Source of the DNA: the human T2T-CHM13v2.0 reference genome, Homo sapiens
Reading direction: 5' to 3' (one strand)
NCBI RefSeq assembly: GCF_009914755.1
Contig: NC_060927.1
DNA: 64,000 nt
Shown: one piece after another, positions 31,738-49,579 of the stretch
Position numbering within the stretch: position 1 is the first letter of the stretch
Layout: each line of letters begins with the position of its first letter
Notes under the pieces: generated by a model
What the model was told of the DNA's origin: nothing
Seen by the model: only the letters and a program-made list of their open reading frames with translations
The model's database searches: none
Translations under genes and position numbers: made by a program

Positions 31738-32104
31738 CTAATAGGAATTATATAATAAGGAAGACACTTAGTAAGACACTTAAGAAAGAAATGGAAAAAT
31801 ATAGCTGTGATTATTAAATCACCCAGAAGGAGCTAATGCAAAGGAGGAGGAGCATCAGCAAAACTTGTTCTGGGATTGCAGTTTACTTTTATCTTTGTCT
31901 TTTAAACACCTATGCTTTGTATAAGGAAGAAAAGATGTCTCTTAGTAGAAGCCACAGAAAGAATGCAATGTCAGCTTGGGTAAACTTCTGATAGTAAGCT
32001 TGTCGGAGGCACTTAGTGTTTGTTGAATGGATAAAGAAATATAAAGGAACAACAAATAATCCTTCTTGATTTGTCCTGAAATGTAATTACAATTCTTATT
32101 GGGG

Positions 32105-33680
32105 GGTGAGTAAGAACATTTAACATGAGATCTACCCTCTTAACAAAATTTTAATTGTACAATACGTTATTATTGACTATAGATAGTGTTTTACAGTAGA
32201 TCTCTCGAGCTTATTCATCTTGCTTAGCTGAAACATGATGCCCATTGATTAGTAACTCCAATTTACCCCTCCTCTAGCCCTTGGCAACCACCATTCCACT
32301 TTCAATGTATGAATCTAACTATTTTAGATTCCTCTTATAAATGGAATAATATGGTATTTGCCTTTCTGTGATTGGTTTATTTTACTTAGAATAATGTCCT
32401 CAATGTTGTTACATATTGTAGAGTTTCTTTTTTTAAGGCTGAATAGTATTCCATTTAGGTATATACCACATTTTCTTTATTCATCAATCTGGTGATGGAC
32501 ATTTCAGCTATTTCCACATCCTGGTTCGTATGTATAGTGCAGCAATGAACATAGAGATGCTAATATCTCTTTGAGATCCTGATTTCAATTCTTTTGGATG
32601 AATTCCCAGAGTGGGATTGCTAGATTGTATGGTAGTTCTTTATTTTAAGGAACTTCTACGCTGTCTTCTATAGCAGCTACACCATTTTGCATTCCCACCA
32701 ACAGTACGTAAGAGTTCTAATTTCTCCACATCCTTGGCAATACTTGTTTTCTTGATAATAGCCATCCCGACAGGTGTGAAGTAATATCTTATTGTGGTTT
32801 TGATTTGCATTTCCCTGATGATTAGTGCTGTTGAGGATTTTTTTTTCTATGCCCATTGTCCATTTTTATGTCCTTGGAGAAATGTCCATCCAAGTCTTTT
32901 GCCCATTTTCTAATGGGGTTATTAGTTTTTTTCTGGCATTGAGTTGTAGAAGTTCCCTCATATTTCGGAGGTTAACCCCTTATCAGATATATGGTTTGTA
33001 AATATTCTCCCATTCCACAGGTTGCCTTTTAATTCTATTGTTTCCTTTACTGTGCAGAAACTTTTTTAGTTTGATACAGTCCCATTTGTTTGGTTGGTTT
33101 TTGCTTTAGGTTTTTGTTGTGGTGGTGGTTGCCTGTGCATTTGGTGCCATATTCATAAAATGATTGCCAAGACCAATGTCATCAAGCGTTTTACCTACAG
33201 TTTCCTCTAGGAGTTTTATAGTTTGGGGGCTTAGATTTGTCCTTAATCTGTTTGGAGTTGATTTTCATGTGTGATGTAAGATAAGGGTTCGATTTCATTC
33301 TTTTGCATGTGGATATTCAGTTCTCCAAGCCTCACTTATTGGAGACTATCCTTTTCCCCATTATGTATTCTTGGCACCCTCATCAAAGATCAATTGACTC
33401 TATCTGCATGAATTTATTTCTGGGCTATTATGTTCCATTTGTCTATTTGCCTGTCTTTATGCCGGTACCATACTGTTTTGTTTACCGTTGCCTTGCAATA
33501 TATTTTAAAATCAGGCTGTGTGATGCCTCCAGGTCTCTTCTTTCTCAGATTGATTTGGCTATTCATTGTCTTTGGGGTTACCTATAAATTTTGGAATTTT
33601 TTTTCCATTTCAGTAAAAATTGCCACTGGGAATTTGATAGAGTTGCCATTGAATCTGAAGATTGCTTTGAGTATGGAGAC
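32105..33680 (-). mobile_element. L1MA/L1MB 3' portion (~1.6 kb)
   Basis: Continuous antisense 3'UTR/ORF2 similarity (gattgctagatt...ggtagttct, cattcccaccaacag, gtggttttgatttgcatttccctgatg). Confidence 0.85.
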
Positions 33681-33704
33681 ATATATATATGTATATGTTT
33701 GTTT

Positions 33705-34011
<307 letters not shown>

Positions 34012-34039
34012 TAATAATACTGTATCTTATTTTTATTTT

Positions 34040-35150
<1,111 letters not shown>

Positions 35151-35159
35151 TAGGTATTA

Positions 35160-35298
35160 TCTCACAAAAAATGGTATGTGAGGTAATACATATGTTAATT
35201 GGCATGATTCAACTATTCCACAATGTAAACATATTTTAAAACATGTTGTACATAATTATATATAATTTTATTTGCCAATTTTAATAAAGAAATAAAAT
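35160..35298 (+). mobile_element. L1MA/MB 3' terminus
   Basis: atgtgaggtaatacatatgttaatt...attccacaatgta. Confidence 0.65.
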
Positions 35299-35430
35299 AA
35301 GATACATACCATCAAACTCTTGAAAGTTTTGTAAAACTCCACTGGAAAACTCTGTAAGCTAGGGGCTTTTTGGTGGGGAGGTTATAGCTTCTTTTTCTTC
35401 AGTTATTATTTTATATACTGCTGTACCTTA

Positions 35431-35866
<436 letters not shown>

Positions 35867-35884
35867 TTATTTATTTTATTGATT

Positions 35885-37772
<1,888 letters not shown>

Positions 37773-37779
37773 CACATAA

Positions 37780-38337
37780 TCCAGTTTGTGCCATATATCT
37801 TCCATTTACCAATCCAGACCCTTGCCCTCCCTGTTCTGCCTCAGAAGCATGTATATATGTATATACATGTTCCCTTGAGAGCTAGCTTTCAACTGTGTTA
37901 GACCAATCTCCAACAAGAAATCCAAGAAACAGGGGAGTGCGGTCAGGATATGTACCTCCCTAGTTCCCTTCCTGGAAGTCCCTTCAGACTTGTTGTTTCC
38001 TTGACCAGAGTCAGAAGCCTGGCCAAGGAAGCAACCTCTACCACTTGGCTATATAATAGGTGTGCTTGTCTGTGGGGTACATGTGGTCCTCCCTCTACCA
38101 CTCATTCTCTCTGAGTTCCAAATATTGCTTCCTCTGCTCATCTATTTGGACCTAGGGATGTTAACTTCTGCTATTCCTGGCACTGGGATACTACATTATC
38201 TTTTGTGGTTTCCCTGCACTTTGCCTACATATTCGTAAATAGTTTCTTTACTAAGCCCTTGTTAGGTTTAGTAAAACCTAGAATTATCTCAGTTTGAACA
38301 TGCCATCTGTTTCCTCCTGGGACCTTGACTAACATAC
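37780..38337 (+). mobile_element. LTR33-like (ERVL) solo LTR
   Basis: 3' end gtaaatagtttctttact...tgccatctgtttcctcctgggaccttgactaacata resembles LTR33. Confidence 0.65.
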
Positions 38338-38539
38338 CTGACTAGTAGAGAGAAAATCTGACACTGCCACTTCCCCACCACACACACTCTTCCAGTTTAA
38401 TGATTACTAATAGTTTTGTGTGTGAATGCCTTCAAACACAGAACATTATTTGTGAGACATATAACACCAAAGACATATGGAAGAAACATAGACAATGTTT
38501 TTAACATGAGAACTTTTTTGAAAAAGTGAAAATTTCTGG

Positions 38540-39680
38540 TTGCTACTGACCATGCCTCATTTTGTAAACTCCTTTCCTGATCCCTATAACCCTTCACAAT
38601 TTTAGTATTCCTTTGATCTTTTTGATGACTCATTGTCTCCCCTTATGGGCTTATCTTCTTAAATGTAGGTGTCTGGGTTCTCCATTTTTCTCTTCTCTCA
38701 CCACCCCCCTTCTCTCTCTCTTTGAGATTTTATTTCCTTGAATAGCTTAAATTATCATCACTATGCCAAAGATTCCAAAATCTCTACCTCCAGCCCTGAC
38801 CTATCTCCCAAATTCATCCATTTTCATTACTCTCTGACAGCTATCCCCAACTTGAACATTCTAACAGTAATTCAAATACAACAGGATCAAAACCAAATTC
38901 ATATATTTCCCACTAAATTAGTTCTTCCACCTGACTTTCCCGTTTCTATTCTCAACACCCCCAATCTCCTCTTCTCAGCCCAAAATTGTGGTGCCATACT
39001 TGACTCCTGTTTGTTGCTTTTCAACACTCCTATTTAGGATACTCCAATAGCTACACTATTCATCCAGTATTCATCTTCTCCTTTCAATTGCCACAGCCAA
39101 AATCCAATATAATATTCTCATCCCAGAATTTCATAACACCCTCTCAACTCAGCTTCCCAGAGCTAGTTTTTCCTCCCCTTACACCTAGCCATCTAACAGA
39201 TTGACAGCCTGATCTTCCCCCAAAATACAATATTTCTATTCTCTGATTTCAAAAATAACTGCCCAGTGTTCCCTGAATTTAAGTCTAGACTTCATGGTCT
39301 GTATATAAATGTCTCTACTATGTGACCTTAACCTATGCAAGCCCCCATCCCAGTATGTCCCCCAGGTTCCAGTCAAGAAAACTTAACTAGCACATCATAC
39401 TGTTTTCTCTGCTTATCAAACCTTCCACACATCTCTGCAGATTTACATTCTTCAAGGTCCAACTCAAATCTTACCTCCCTAATGTGCTTTTCGTAAAACT
39501 TTAATTATATTCTGCTTTACAATACATTATTTTTGTATTGTCATCTTATATACCAGATTCAAAGTTCTCTGAGAGCAGGGACTATTTCTTACTCATTTTT
39601 TTTCCTCACAGCACCTATATAAGCCCCCTTCACATAATCCGTGATCAATAAATATTCATTGAATAAATTAATAAATGAAA
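38540..39680 (+). mobile_element. L2 (degenerate, to 3' end)
   Basis: tctacctccagccctgacct..., gagagcagggact..., caataaatattcattgaataaa. Confidence 0.65.
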
Positions 39681-39969
39681 AATCATCAGAAATATCTCAT
39701 TTTTAATAAAGATTTGGAAGACATTTCCTTTGTTTCTTAGGATTTTTTTCTTTTTAGATGCATGCATAGCTATATTCTGTAGCATCTGTTTATTTTTAGA
39801 CTTTTTAAAGGTTTTAGATTCTGTAAACTATGTACAGAATATTCCGTTCAACATAGGGTGTGAGATTGATCACAGCATGACCCATAATTGTATAATTTCT
39901 AATCAAAAGTAAGTGTGACTTTGGCATAAGCCAAACTTTAAGAGGAAGTAAGAGTAGAATAAAAATTCT

Positions 39970-40276
<307 letters not shown>

Positions 40277-41234
40277 ACCTCAGTCTATTGGGCCTTTTAC
40301 TGAAGTACTTCTTGTGGTTACTTCCTCCTTAAATACACCATCCGAATCTATCTTAACAAAACTATGTTAATTGTATTTTTACAAATAATCAGTGAAAATA
40401 AAAAATAAATATGATACTTCTGGATATCAGAAGTTGAACATATTGAGTAACCAGCTCATCTTAGAAGCTAATCTATGAAGTATTATGTATAAAATAAAAA
40501 AGATGTGTTGTTAAAGATAGAGATAGAGTGACACAGGTGGCTGAGTAGATCTGTTTTCTACTTCCATATGAAGAAAAGCTTAAACATGTTTGTTTATTTA
40601 TTCCTTCATTCATTCATAATCCTATACTATGTGCCAAGCACTATGTTAGGCATAAGGGATATCATAAAGCATAAATGTATGATCCCTTCTTTAAAGAGAA
40701 GAAAGAACTACAACAAACGATAGGAAAATAATTCAAATGTAAAGTTTGTTCCAGGCATAGCAGTAGCACAGAGGAGAAAAAAACTTGTGACAGTTTCATC
40801 CTTGAATGGCTTCACTAATCTAGCTTTCTATAACTTACTGTAAAATATCACCCACTGGACAAAGCCAGGAAGAAAGAACATATTATAAGACTTAAGTATT
40901 TGAATAACTTATAATGGTTTCATTGCTTGGAAAACTTCAATTCATTTTGGCAACATATGAGATCACTGGTCTCAATGTGGAAGATAAAGCATACAGCATT
41001 GCAGGGCCTGAAAAAGAATATCCAATTGTAATTACAGTATTTTAAAAGGGAATGCTAGTCATTATTATTTTCAGTGGTCAGGAGTGAAAATGCTTGTTTA
41101 CTTCAAGTTTTAGCAGCATATTTACCTACCTTAGATTTGTTATCTCTGAGCTAAACAAACCATTTTAATTTCAAGCAAAGCCACAAAGCATTATTTCTCA
41201 AAATATGCATTTAATTAATAGCTTATTTGCTTTC

Positions 41235-41370
41235 TTCTCACTTGACTGTGAGTTTCATCTAGGACAGAAATTATTTCTTATTGATCTTTACATTTCATGC
41301 CTAAGCATAATTCCTGGCACACAGCAGACAATACTTGCTAATAGAAATACTTGTTAAATAGTTGTTAAAA
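41235..41370 (+). mobile_element. L2 3' end fragment
   Basis: ttgactgtgagttt...cctggcacacagcag. Confidence 0.5.
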
Positions 41371-42746
41371 GAAAAATGTAAATGTAGACCTTTAGCTCCT
41401 TACCAACTGTCGATATTCAAGTGTTCTAGTGCCCACGATTTGCAACCTTTTCTTGTTTTTTTCTCCTGATAAGATCAAGCAAAGGAGAAGGATTTCCAAA
41501 TAGCCTGATAGTGTATCAGTGTTTCAACAAGTTAAAGCCCCAAGACTTACCAGGGAACTTTAATTCTCATAAAAAGAAAATAAACCTTATATTAACCTTT
41601 ACATGTAAACTCAAAATGGTGCACTCCCTGAAAGTATTCCTCTTGTTGGATATTTACGAGATACCTTTGCAAATAGAAAACTGCAGACATGACCCCTAAG
41701 CTTCATGTAAAATGACTGTATTTATTATTTTTATTTTGATCTTCACTTTTGCAGTAGTTGCTGTAAATGGCTTGGAACATGCAAAATATGCTAAACAAGA
41801 AACCTAGCCCCTACCTGAAGAGTTAGCCGTTGAAAGGCACAAAGAAGTACAATGGATATAAAAGCCTCTTGAAGAACAGCCTTTTGCTGCATAGATGCTA
41901 GGCAAGACAGTATGTGGCAGGAAAAGAGTTGGGGAAACTGCTTTAAAAACCTATTAACTAGGAATGTGAAAAGCAAGGAACAATTGGGAAAGGAGGGAGG
42001 TGCTCACTGTTTAAAAGCCTTTTAAAGGTGACCATATTTTTGTTGGCTTTTTGCCTGCAACATAAAATGAGGATGATGTACTGAATGGCTAGCTGGCTGG
42101 TGAAGGTAGAATGAATGGCCTGGGCTAGGAAGTCAAGGCTGAATTTTGAGATGCTACTCTGGACTATGTGCAGCTGTTGAAACAATTCTCAGCAACGACC
42201 ACTTAGACTTTGAAGTAAAGACAAAATTCAGTCAGCCTCCTCAATCACCCTTTCATTTTTGTGTGTTTTTCTCGGTCTCATAAATATTTGCCTGTGCTGT
42301 CTTTGCTGCAGATATTAAGGAGTTAATAAATTAGACAGCCAACAAGCAGGAATTGGGAAAAGCCACAGAACTTAGAATTGAACAGCTGACAGCAGATTCT
42401 GCAGGTGCAAGATGGGAATCAGCTCTGCATTTTCTATGTAGCACAGTTTTCTCTGCCTGGCCTGTGGCCTGATTTCCTGGCCTCTTTGGGATAAGCTGAA
42501 TTATAAGACAGAGAATTCCAGAAGATCTAGCTCTGTGATCCTATGAACTCTAGCGCTTCAAAAGGAAGCAATCTCCTTCTATGTTTAGACTGACAATATT
42601 ACATATTGGTGGCAGCCTTGTAAGATTTTGGTTTCACGTTAGGAAAGAAAAATGCTCTAAATGCCATCCTACTTAAAGAAAAAATGGTTGATTAAACTGC
42701 ACTGCATAACAAATTAGCCTCCTGCAATTGGGTGTCTAGGAATGTG

Positions 42747-42748
<2 letters not shown>

Positions 42749-42790
<42 letters not shown>
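42749..42790. repeat. (GT)n microsatellite
   Basis: About 20 perfect GT units. Confidence 0.97.
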
Positions 42791-42793
<3 letters not shown>

Positions 42794-45700
42794 GTTAAAG
42801 GGAATCACTACTTATTAAATATATAAGTACCACAGTGAATATTAAGGCCATAATAGGGTATGGGAAAGGAGAGAAATGGGCTGCATTCAAGTGCATATTT
42901 CTAATCAACTACTTTTTTGTATTCTTCTAATCATTGTATTTGATAGTAATGGACATTCAAGGCTAAACTCTGCATTGTGGCAGTTCTTCCAAATCTTTTT
43001 GGCTCTATAGTGGTAAAAATATTAATTCCATTACACTTGAAAATGTCCAATATGATCCCTTGATTAACAAAACATTCCGGTGTTTCTTCTGTGAAGGACT
43101 TTGGGCTGCCTGCAAGGGTGATGGTAGGAGTGGCTGATTGAATTGATAATAGGAAAATTAATTTTTTTCCATGCTGGTGAATATGGCCTACACATCCAAA
43201 CCCTTTTGACAAAACTATTTTGAGGAATATATTTGTAATAAGGACAGAAAAACTTGGAGATCTGGGATTTTTTTTTACCTAAATGGACTCCAGGAAGGAC
43301 AGATAAATACCTCTAGTTAGCAACGGTTAAAATGGGAGCTAATACCAACTATTAATTCCCAGTTTGGATCTTCTCTTTCTCTCAGGACTACTTTAAGTCC
43401 CCAAAATTCCATGCTTCCAATTTCCCCTTCTACAACTGAAGATCCTATGATTTAAATCATAAAAGATTAGCTATATTTGGACACTGGCCTTGTATTAGTT
43501 TGACAGAAAATTCTGAAAAGATCTCCCCATTCCAAAAATGTCTTTCTCAGACTTTTTGTGGAGACCTAAAATTCCACCACTAGAAATTTTAATATTTAGA
43601 GTAATGCTGTGTCCCTTACTGACAAATTCAATTTCAAAACACAGTAAAATTAAATAAACATAAAAATAAATGTATTAAATAAATATAATTTTTAAGTATT
43701 TGTGGGCCAAAGATCAGGAGGGAATATAGAAATGTTATTTGTGGCGTGAAGGTAGTAGTATTACAGATTACATCTTCATTTTATAATTTCTCTTTACTAT
43801 GCTGATAATAAACATCAATAGGGAAAAAATAGTGTTACTTTTGAAGGCTCAATTCTACCTGACCACTGTATCTCTAGCTAGTGGAACCTAAAATATAAGT
43901 CACCAAAATTTTAAAATAAAAAAATTAAAGAATACTCTCACTTAGTGATTTACAACTAGATTTAGGGAGAAAAAAACAAAACTCAACAAATATTCACTTA
44001 AAAGTTAATGAGTATTTGCTATGGAGAAGGCATTTTGTTGAGTGATACAGAGGATACAAAAATGACCAAGATCTGCAACCCCCCTCTTTCAAAAGCTTAT
44101 GGCATAAGGCTAGTAACTTTGAAGAAAAAGCACATTGTTATCAGTCATCAGTATATTTTGGTGAATCCATCTATTAGCCATTTGTTTCAGATTTTGAAAA
44201 GCTGAAGGATGGGGCAAGCCTAGGATACTACCTAGGAAAGATCAGCCTGGATTAAGACACTTAATGAAAGAAGATGAGGGAAGTAGGCACAAGCCGGGGG
44301 AGGCGATAGCACAAAAGAGGGTAGAAGATGAGAGCACGCTGACTGCAAACTGTGTGTGTTTCAGAGGGTGGATTTCCTAGCTCTGACTTCTAGCAAATAA
44401 TTTTCAAAATGTAAAGTGGACCCTAACAAAGTACTATTCTTATCAATCCAAGAGTGCCAAGCAATCAAGGAGAGAGATTTACAGACAATGTACTTTCAAA
44501 TTCACAATGCAAACTCTAAAGTAATATGTATTTTCTTATAAGCTTAACTTTAGTAAAGAATGATTTTTGAAGTTCACTCAAATATCTAATATTTGCAGAT
44601 ATCCTTATTTCATTACTTTGCTCCAAATATTTAAAACCAGATGAAAAAAAGTAATGTCCTTAAGGAGTCAAATTCATTATTAAAATAAGATATTTTCCAA
44701 GTTGTTTGGAAAATGGTTTACTTTCTTTTTTTCCCCCTTTACTAGACCTCAAAATACACTGAGTTTTCCTCACTGGTAAAGAAATAAAACATTGAGAAGT
44801 ATCAAGTGAATCCACTTGAACAGGCTTCAAAACCATACCACTAACGTATTATTTTAAAATGTTTCTCTAAGACGCATTTATTACAAGGGAACACTCTTTA
44901 GGAAGCATTAACACTCACAGTCCCTAAATTTTAAATTGGTCCCTAATATTCCATTTGGTAATCAATATCCTCCTTTGCTCCTCCCCCACCCTCTCAGATG
45001 GCCTTATTCTCTGTCAGTATCTATCACATTTTCTTTTTTCTTTTATCACCTTCTTCATTCTTAATCCTTCCTTTTGGGCCAAGCTGTCTGCCCTTTATAG
45101 CTATATTTACTTCCTCCTTCTCTTTCCCCTTTAACTCTTTGTAGACCTTTAGATTATGAATGCTGAAATTTGTGATTCATTGTTTTTGCCTTATTGACCT
45201 CCTATTAATAAAATTTGCCTCCTCCACAAGATTATTCTAAGAAAGCATACTTTTAAGCATCCACAACTATTGCCCAAAGAGAGACAACCATTTGGTTCAA
45301 CTTCATATGTGTTAAGCCAAATGTATTCAAAAATGATTTCCTACTCCGATTCTTATTCAGTATTTTCTGTGATTCTCCTTTATTATACCTTTCTAGTGCA
45401 ATGGAAACTTCAGCTATCTGTGGTCTAGTCTGAACTGTACCTGGGGTAGTGACAATGGCCTTCTGACCCTATGGCTCTTCCTGACTGTGGATAGAATTGA
45501 TAGCACTTTTTCAATTTCTCCCTTGTCTTTGCTTGAACATACTGGAATTACAACCTCTGACAAAGGTAACATCCCTTTTGTAGTGGAAACAAAAGGGGTG
45601 TGTAATGAATTGGTTAAGATTACATTGCATGTTTAGATGATGAAATCCAACTGCAGCTCAATTCCTTTATTTCCTCTCGCTGGACCTGGTCTTTCAATAA

Positions 45701-47419
45701 GACATTATTGACTGGCATCTTCCCCAGAACAGGTGCTTAGGAATATAGTCTTGCTGCTTTGAGTCCTTTAGACTGGAAAACAACTATGGAATAGGTCAAG
45801 AGAATCAGGTATGAGACAATAATGCCCAGTATCTTAGGACATCCACTGTAGATGATTCATATCCAGGTGGTATTAATGGAATAAAGGGTCCTTAGACTTA
45901 TATGGGGAGCTAGAGCTTTTCAAATTAACTAAGGTGGCAGGATATGAGTTACAGGTTTATTTGCCATTTTTCTGCAAAAATTCTATGACCAGGAGGAGAT
46001 AGAGGAGGAAGGCAATTTTTAAAATAATTCACCACTATAGATTGTGCTATAATGATATTATAAAAGGAATTTTTAATTTTTATGAAGATGAAATCAATGC
46101 CACAATGTGTGGTATTAACAAATGCTATCTTTTTACCACAAATCATATCACCTTTGGTTACTCTGGATAGCAAATTATTGGCCTCTTTCTTCTTTTTCCC
46201 TTAAATTACTTTGGCTTGTGGTTTGTCTTTTTTTTTATTTTTCAAAAACAAGATCGCTTACAATTTTTGCTTTTAAAAATGATATAATACCCATATTGGC
46301 TGCAGAAAATATTTAAAATGTGTGCTTTTCAAAGAATGATCAGATCATTTATTCATCTTTAGATAAAGATGATTATATTCATCTCAATTATTTTTGCCAA
46401 GGACTGTAACACTAATTTTACTCTTTCTAAAAATTAAAATAGCAAACAGTTTATATAAGGTGTTGATAATTACCTATATTATTGTACTGCTGTGACAGAT
46501 GTTGGCAAAAAAGCCTAAAATGCCTACAGCTGTGCACTCCATGACATCTAGTTTATACTCAGACAGAAGGCTAACAGATGTTCTGAACTGTCACTTTGCC
46601 TAAATGTTTTTAAAGTCTAAGGACCTGCTTTATAATTCGCCGGAGTCTGGTTTGGTTTCACAGAGGTTCTCAGAATTCCCATCTGTGACAATTAATGCTG
46701 AAGACATTGATAAATCAACCCTTGTGTTTTCTCTCTTCTTTAACAGACATCAGTTTATACATGGATGGTAGATTGTGAAGGCTGTTTTTATATACATCCT
46801 GTTTGTAAAATTATCTCCTTAAACACAGATAGAATTGGGCTATAAGAATACATGGAGGTTTGTTTTGAGCCATGGAAAGGGCCAGGAAATCACCTATTAT
46901 TTTCTTTCTGCTAAATTTTATGCACCTTGGAAGTAAAATGTTAACCATTTCCAATGACAATTTTCCAAAGTTATATTTGTTCTAGTGAATAAAAAAAGTT
47001 TTTATTTTTATTCAGCATGTTAACAGTTCTGCTCATAACAATAACTCTTAATTGTGCAGCCTGTTAGAAAAATGAAAGAAGACAATAAATGGCATTGAGA
47101 AAGGACACAGCACATCTTCTCCAGCTTGACACCCTAATACTTCCTCTTCCCAAACATACCTTCAGATCCCTCATACAGAATTACTGCCCCGTGCAAAGGC
47201 CATCAATGCCTTATTTGCTGTTGCTCTTAATTTTAACAAGCTGGATTCCTGTAGTACACTTGCTTAATAGTTTAAACATTCTGTTAACAATCAGGTGTTT
47301 GGCCTATCCTGTTTCTCCTCTATTCTGTAAAGAAATATAACTCCAAATAGTACATCTTTCTGGGTTTGTTTCTAAATTAGTCCCCACACTTAATTATGAG
47401 GATGAGAGGGATGCCTTAT

Positions 47420-47505
47420 TCCTCTTTGTTATAGGCTAAGCTCTCAGTAATCCCAAACAAAAGAGCCAGTTCTGGAAGATATAGGATTTGCTAGCAGGAT
47501 TATGG
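47420..47505. promoter_or_regulatory. Sox2 N3 enhancer core (SOX2/PAX6 composite element)
   Basis: Minus strand reads TCTTTTGTTTGGGATTACTGAGAGCTTAGCCTA, matching my recollection of the N3 core; its order relative to the SOX2-OT exon and N2 fits. Confidence 0.75.
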
Positions 47506-49579
47506 TCTCATAGATAATGATGTGCAGTCAGCAGAAGCGAAGCTTTATTTTAATTCAAATAAGCTAGTAAACAAACCACTGACAAGTCTGCTGGTGAGAG
47601 TAACTGGCTGCTGTTGCCACATTGGCAGCAAAATTATAGAAAATCTATTATACCCTGTTCACCATATGTTTAATTTAATACAAGATACAAATTAAACTAT
47701 TCACAGTGCCTATTAAAATAACAATACTTTTTTATATTTGAATGTTTTAAAATAATTTCTACTGACCTTTTAAAGGGCAGTTTCGATATAGGTGACTATC
47801 AGGGGTGGAGGGAGGTAGTTAATAAAAGGCAAAAAATTGTAATTGCCTTCCTGAAAAAATAAAGTATAAATGTTCACTGGTTTGCATATGTTAATAAGGT
47901 TAATTAGCAGTCATGTGTTCTGCTACTACTATATTTCCCTCCCATCCTTTGGGTTTCTGAGGCTAGAGTTTTAAGAGTGATACTTAGTTTGACCTATGTG
48001 AGTCTGTCCTCATGAAATCATTACCTGGATCAAGCCAGCCTATGGGTAGCCTTAGAAGTAATGCCAATTGAGACCTATAATCTGAAAATTGAGTTTAAAC
48101 TCTAGGCCCAACTTTGGTATGGAAAAAGGCACAGACTTTTATATTATTGCTTTTAGTCAATTTCTCCGTAGCCAAAAGATCCTAAGGAGAGCCAGAATTA
48201 AGAGGCTTTCTTCCAGAGACAGGAGAGAAGAAAAAGACAAGCCCACAACAAATTTGTTTATAACAAATTTTTCTCTTGTACCCACAACAGTCAGCAACCA
48301 GTGATGCTTGCTTGAGTCTATGGGGACTCAGTCTACCAGATTCTAAAGACCAGACTGGGTTTTAAAGTTATAGAGCTAGATTTGAATATCTATTATTTCC
48401 CAGCTGTGAAACCACAGATCTTTAACCTAGCTGGATCTTCCTTTATTCTGTAATGAGGGGACGTTGGGGTGAGGGGAAGTATAATAATTCCAATTTTATA
48501 GTATTATTATGAGAAGTAAATAAGAGAAAGTATCTGGTACATAATAGATACTCATTAAAGATTGGTTCCTTTCCTCTTTCACTCTCAAGCAAATAGACAT
48601 GTTGCCCTTTCTTCAAAGGTGAAGGGAGAGTGTTAGGAGGAGGAGCTGGAGGGGGAGATATGAACAAAAATTCGTGGAATCAATTTCTTTGGATCATTAA
48701 TTCCTTTCTACCTCCAAAACCCAAAATGGCATTCTCCTTTTCTCTCAAAATTCACCATAATACTTACTCTCTTTAAGACTGTATTGGTAAGCCACCCAAA
48801 CCAGCTCCCTATTGTTGGGCATATGAATTAGAAAAATAAAATATAACCATTGCACTTTGAGATATCTTTTCCAACTTTTATGTACAGATTTTGCACTGAG
48901 TCTACAATTGTGTTCATGGGGTTGCCTCATGTGAATTTTGGTTCAGAGAATAGAAGTCTAGCAGATCCAACTACGTACTGGTAATTACAATATGCATAAG
49001 GTGTACACTTGGAAAATGGCCTTAGTTTCAATTGTTCTTGAAGTCCAACAGATGATATTAATATTTTACCCAAAAAACTAGTAAATTTATCTCAGATTGA
49101 TGCAAGAAGCGATTTTCAAAGCATGGTCCTGGTAAGGATATGCCAGAGAAACACCAGACAAATATCCATGGTCCCTTCCCCTCTCTCCAGTAACCTGTTA
49201 TTCAGAGGTTGAGAGATCAGAGATATTTCCATTTATTGAAACACTGGATATATAGTTAAATTAAGAAACTGAAAAAAAAAAAGGGTCACAAAATTTGTGG
49301 CATATTTTAAGTGTTTAGCATTTTAAAATTAATACTTTTAACACATGAAGACAAAACACGATTGTACGTATAACTTCATTTTGTATATAACAAAGGAATT
49401 TAAATGGATTTAAAGGCTCTCCACAGGCCTTGCTTCTACCTCTAAATTTCCACTTAGTTACATCCTTCTCTAGTCCCTGTTGTCAGGTCCCAGAGCATAA
49501 AACAGACTGAGGGAGCCTCAGAGCTCCAGAAGTGTGAGAAGGGTGAGAAGGCAGGCCATGCTGGCTAGGTACATGGCCA

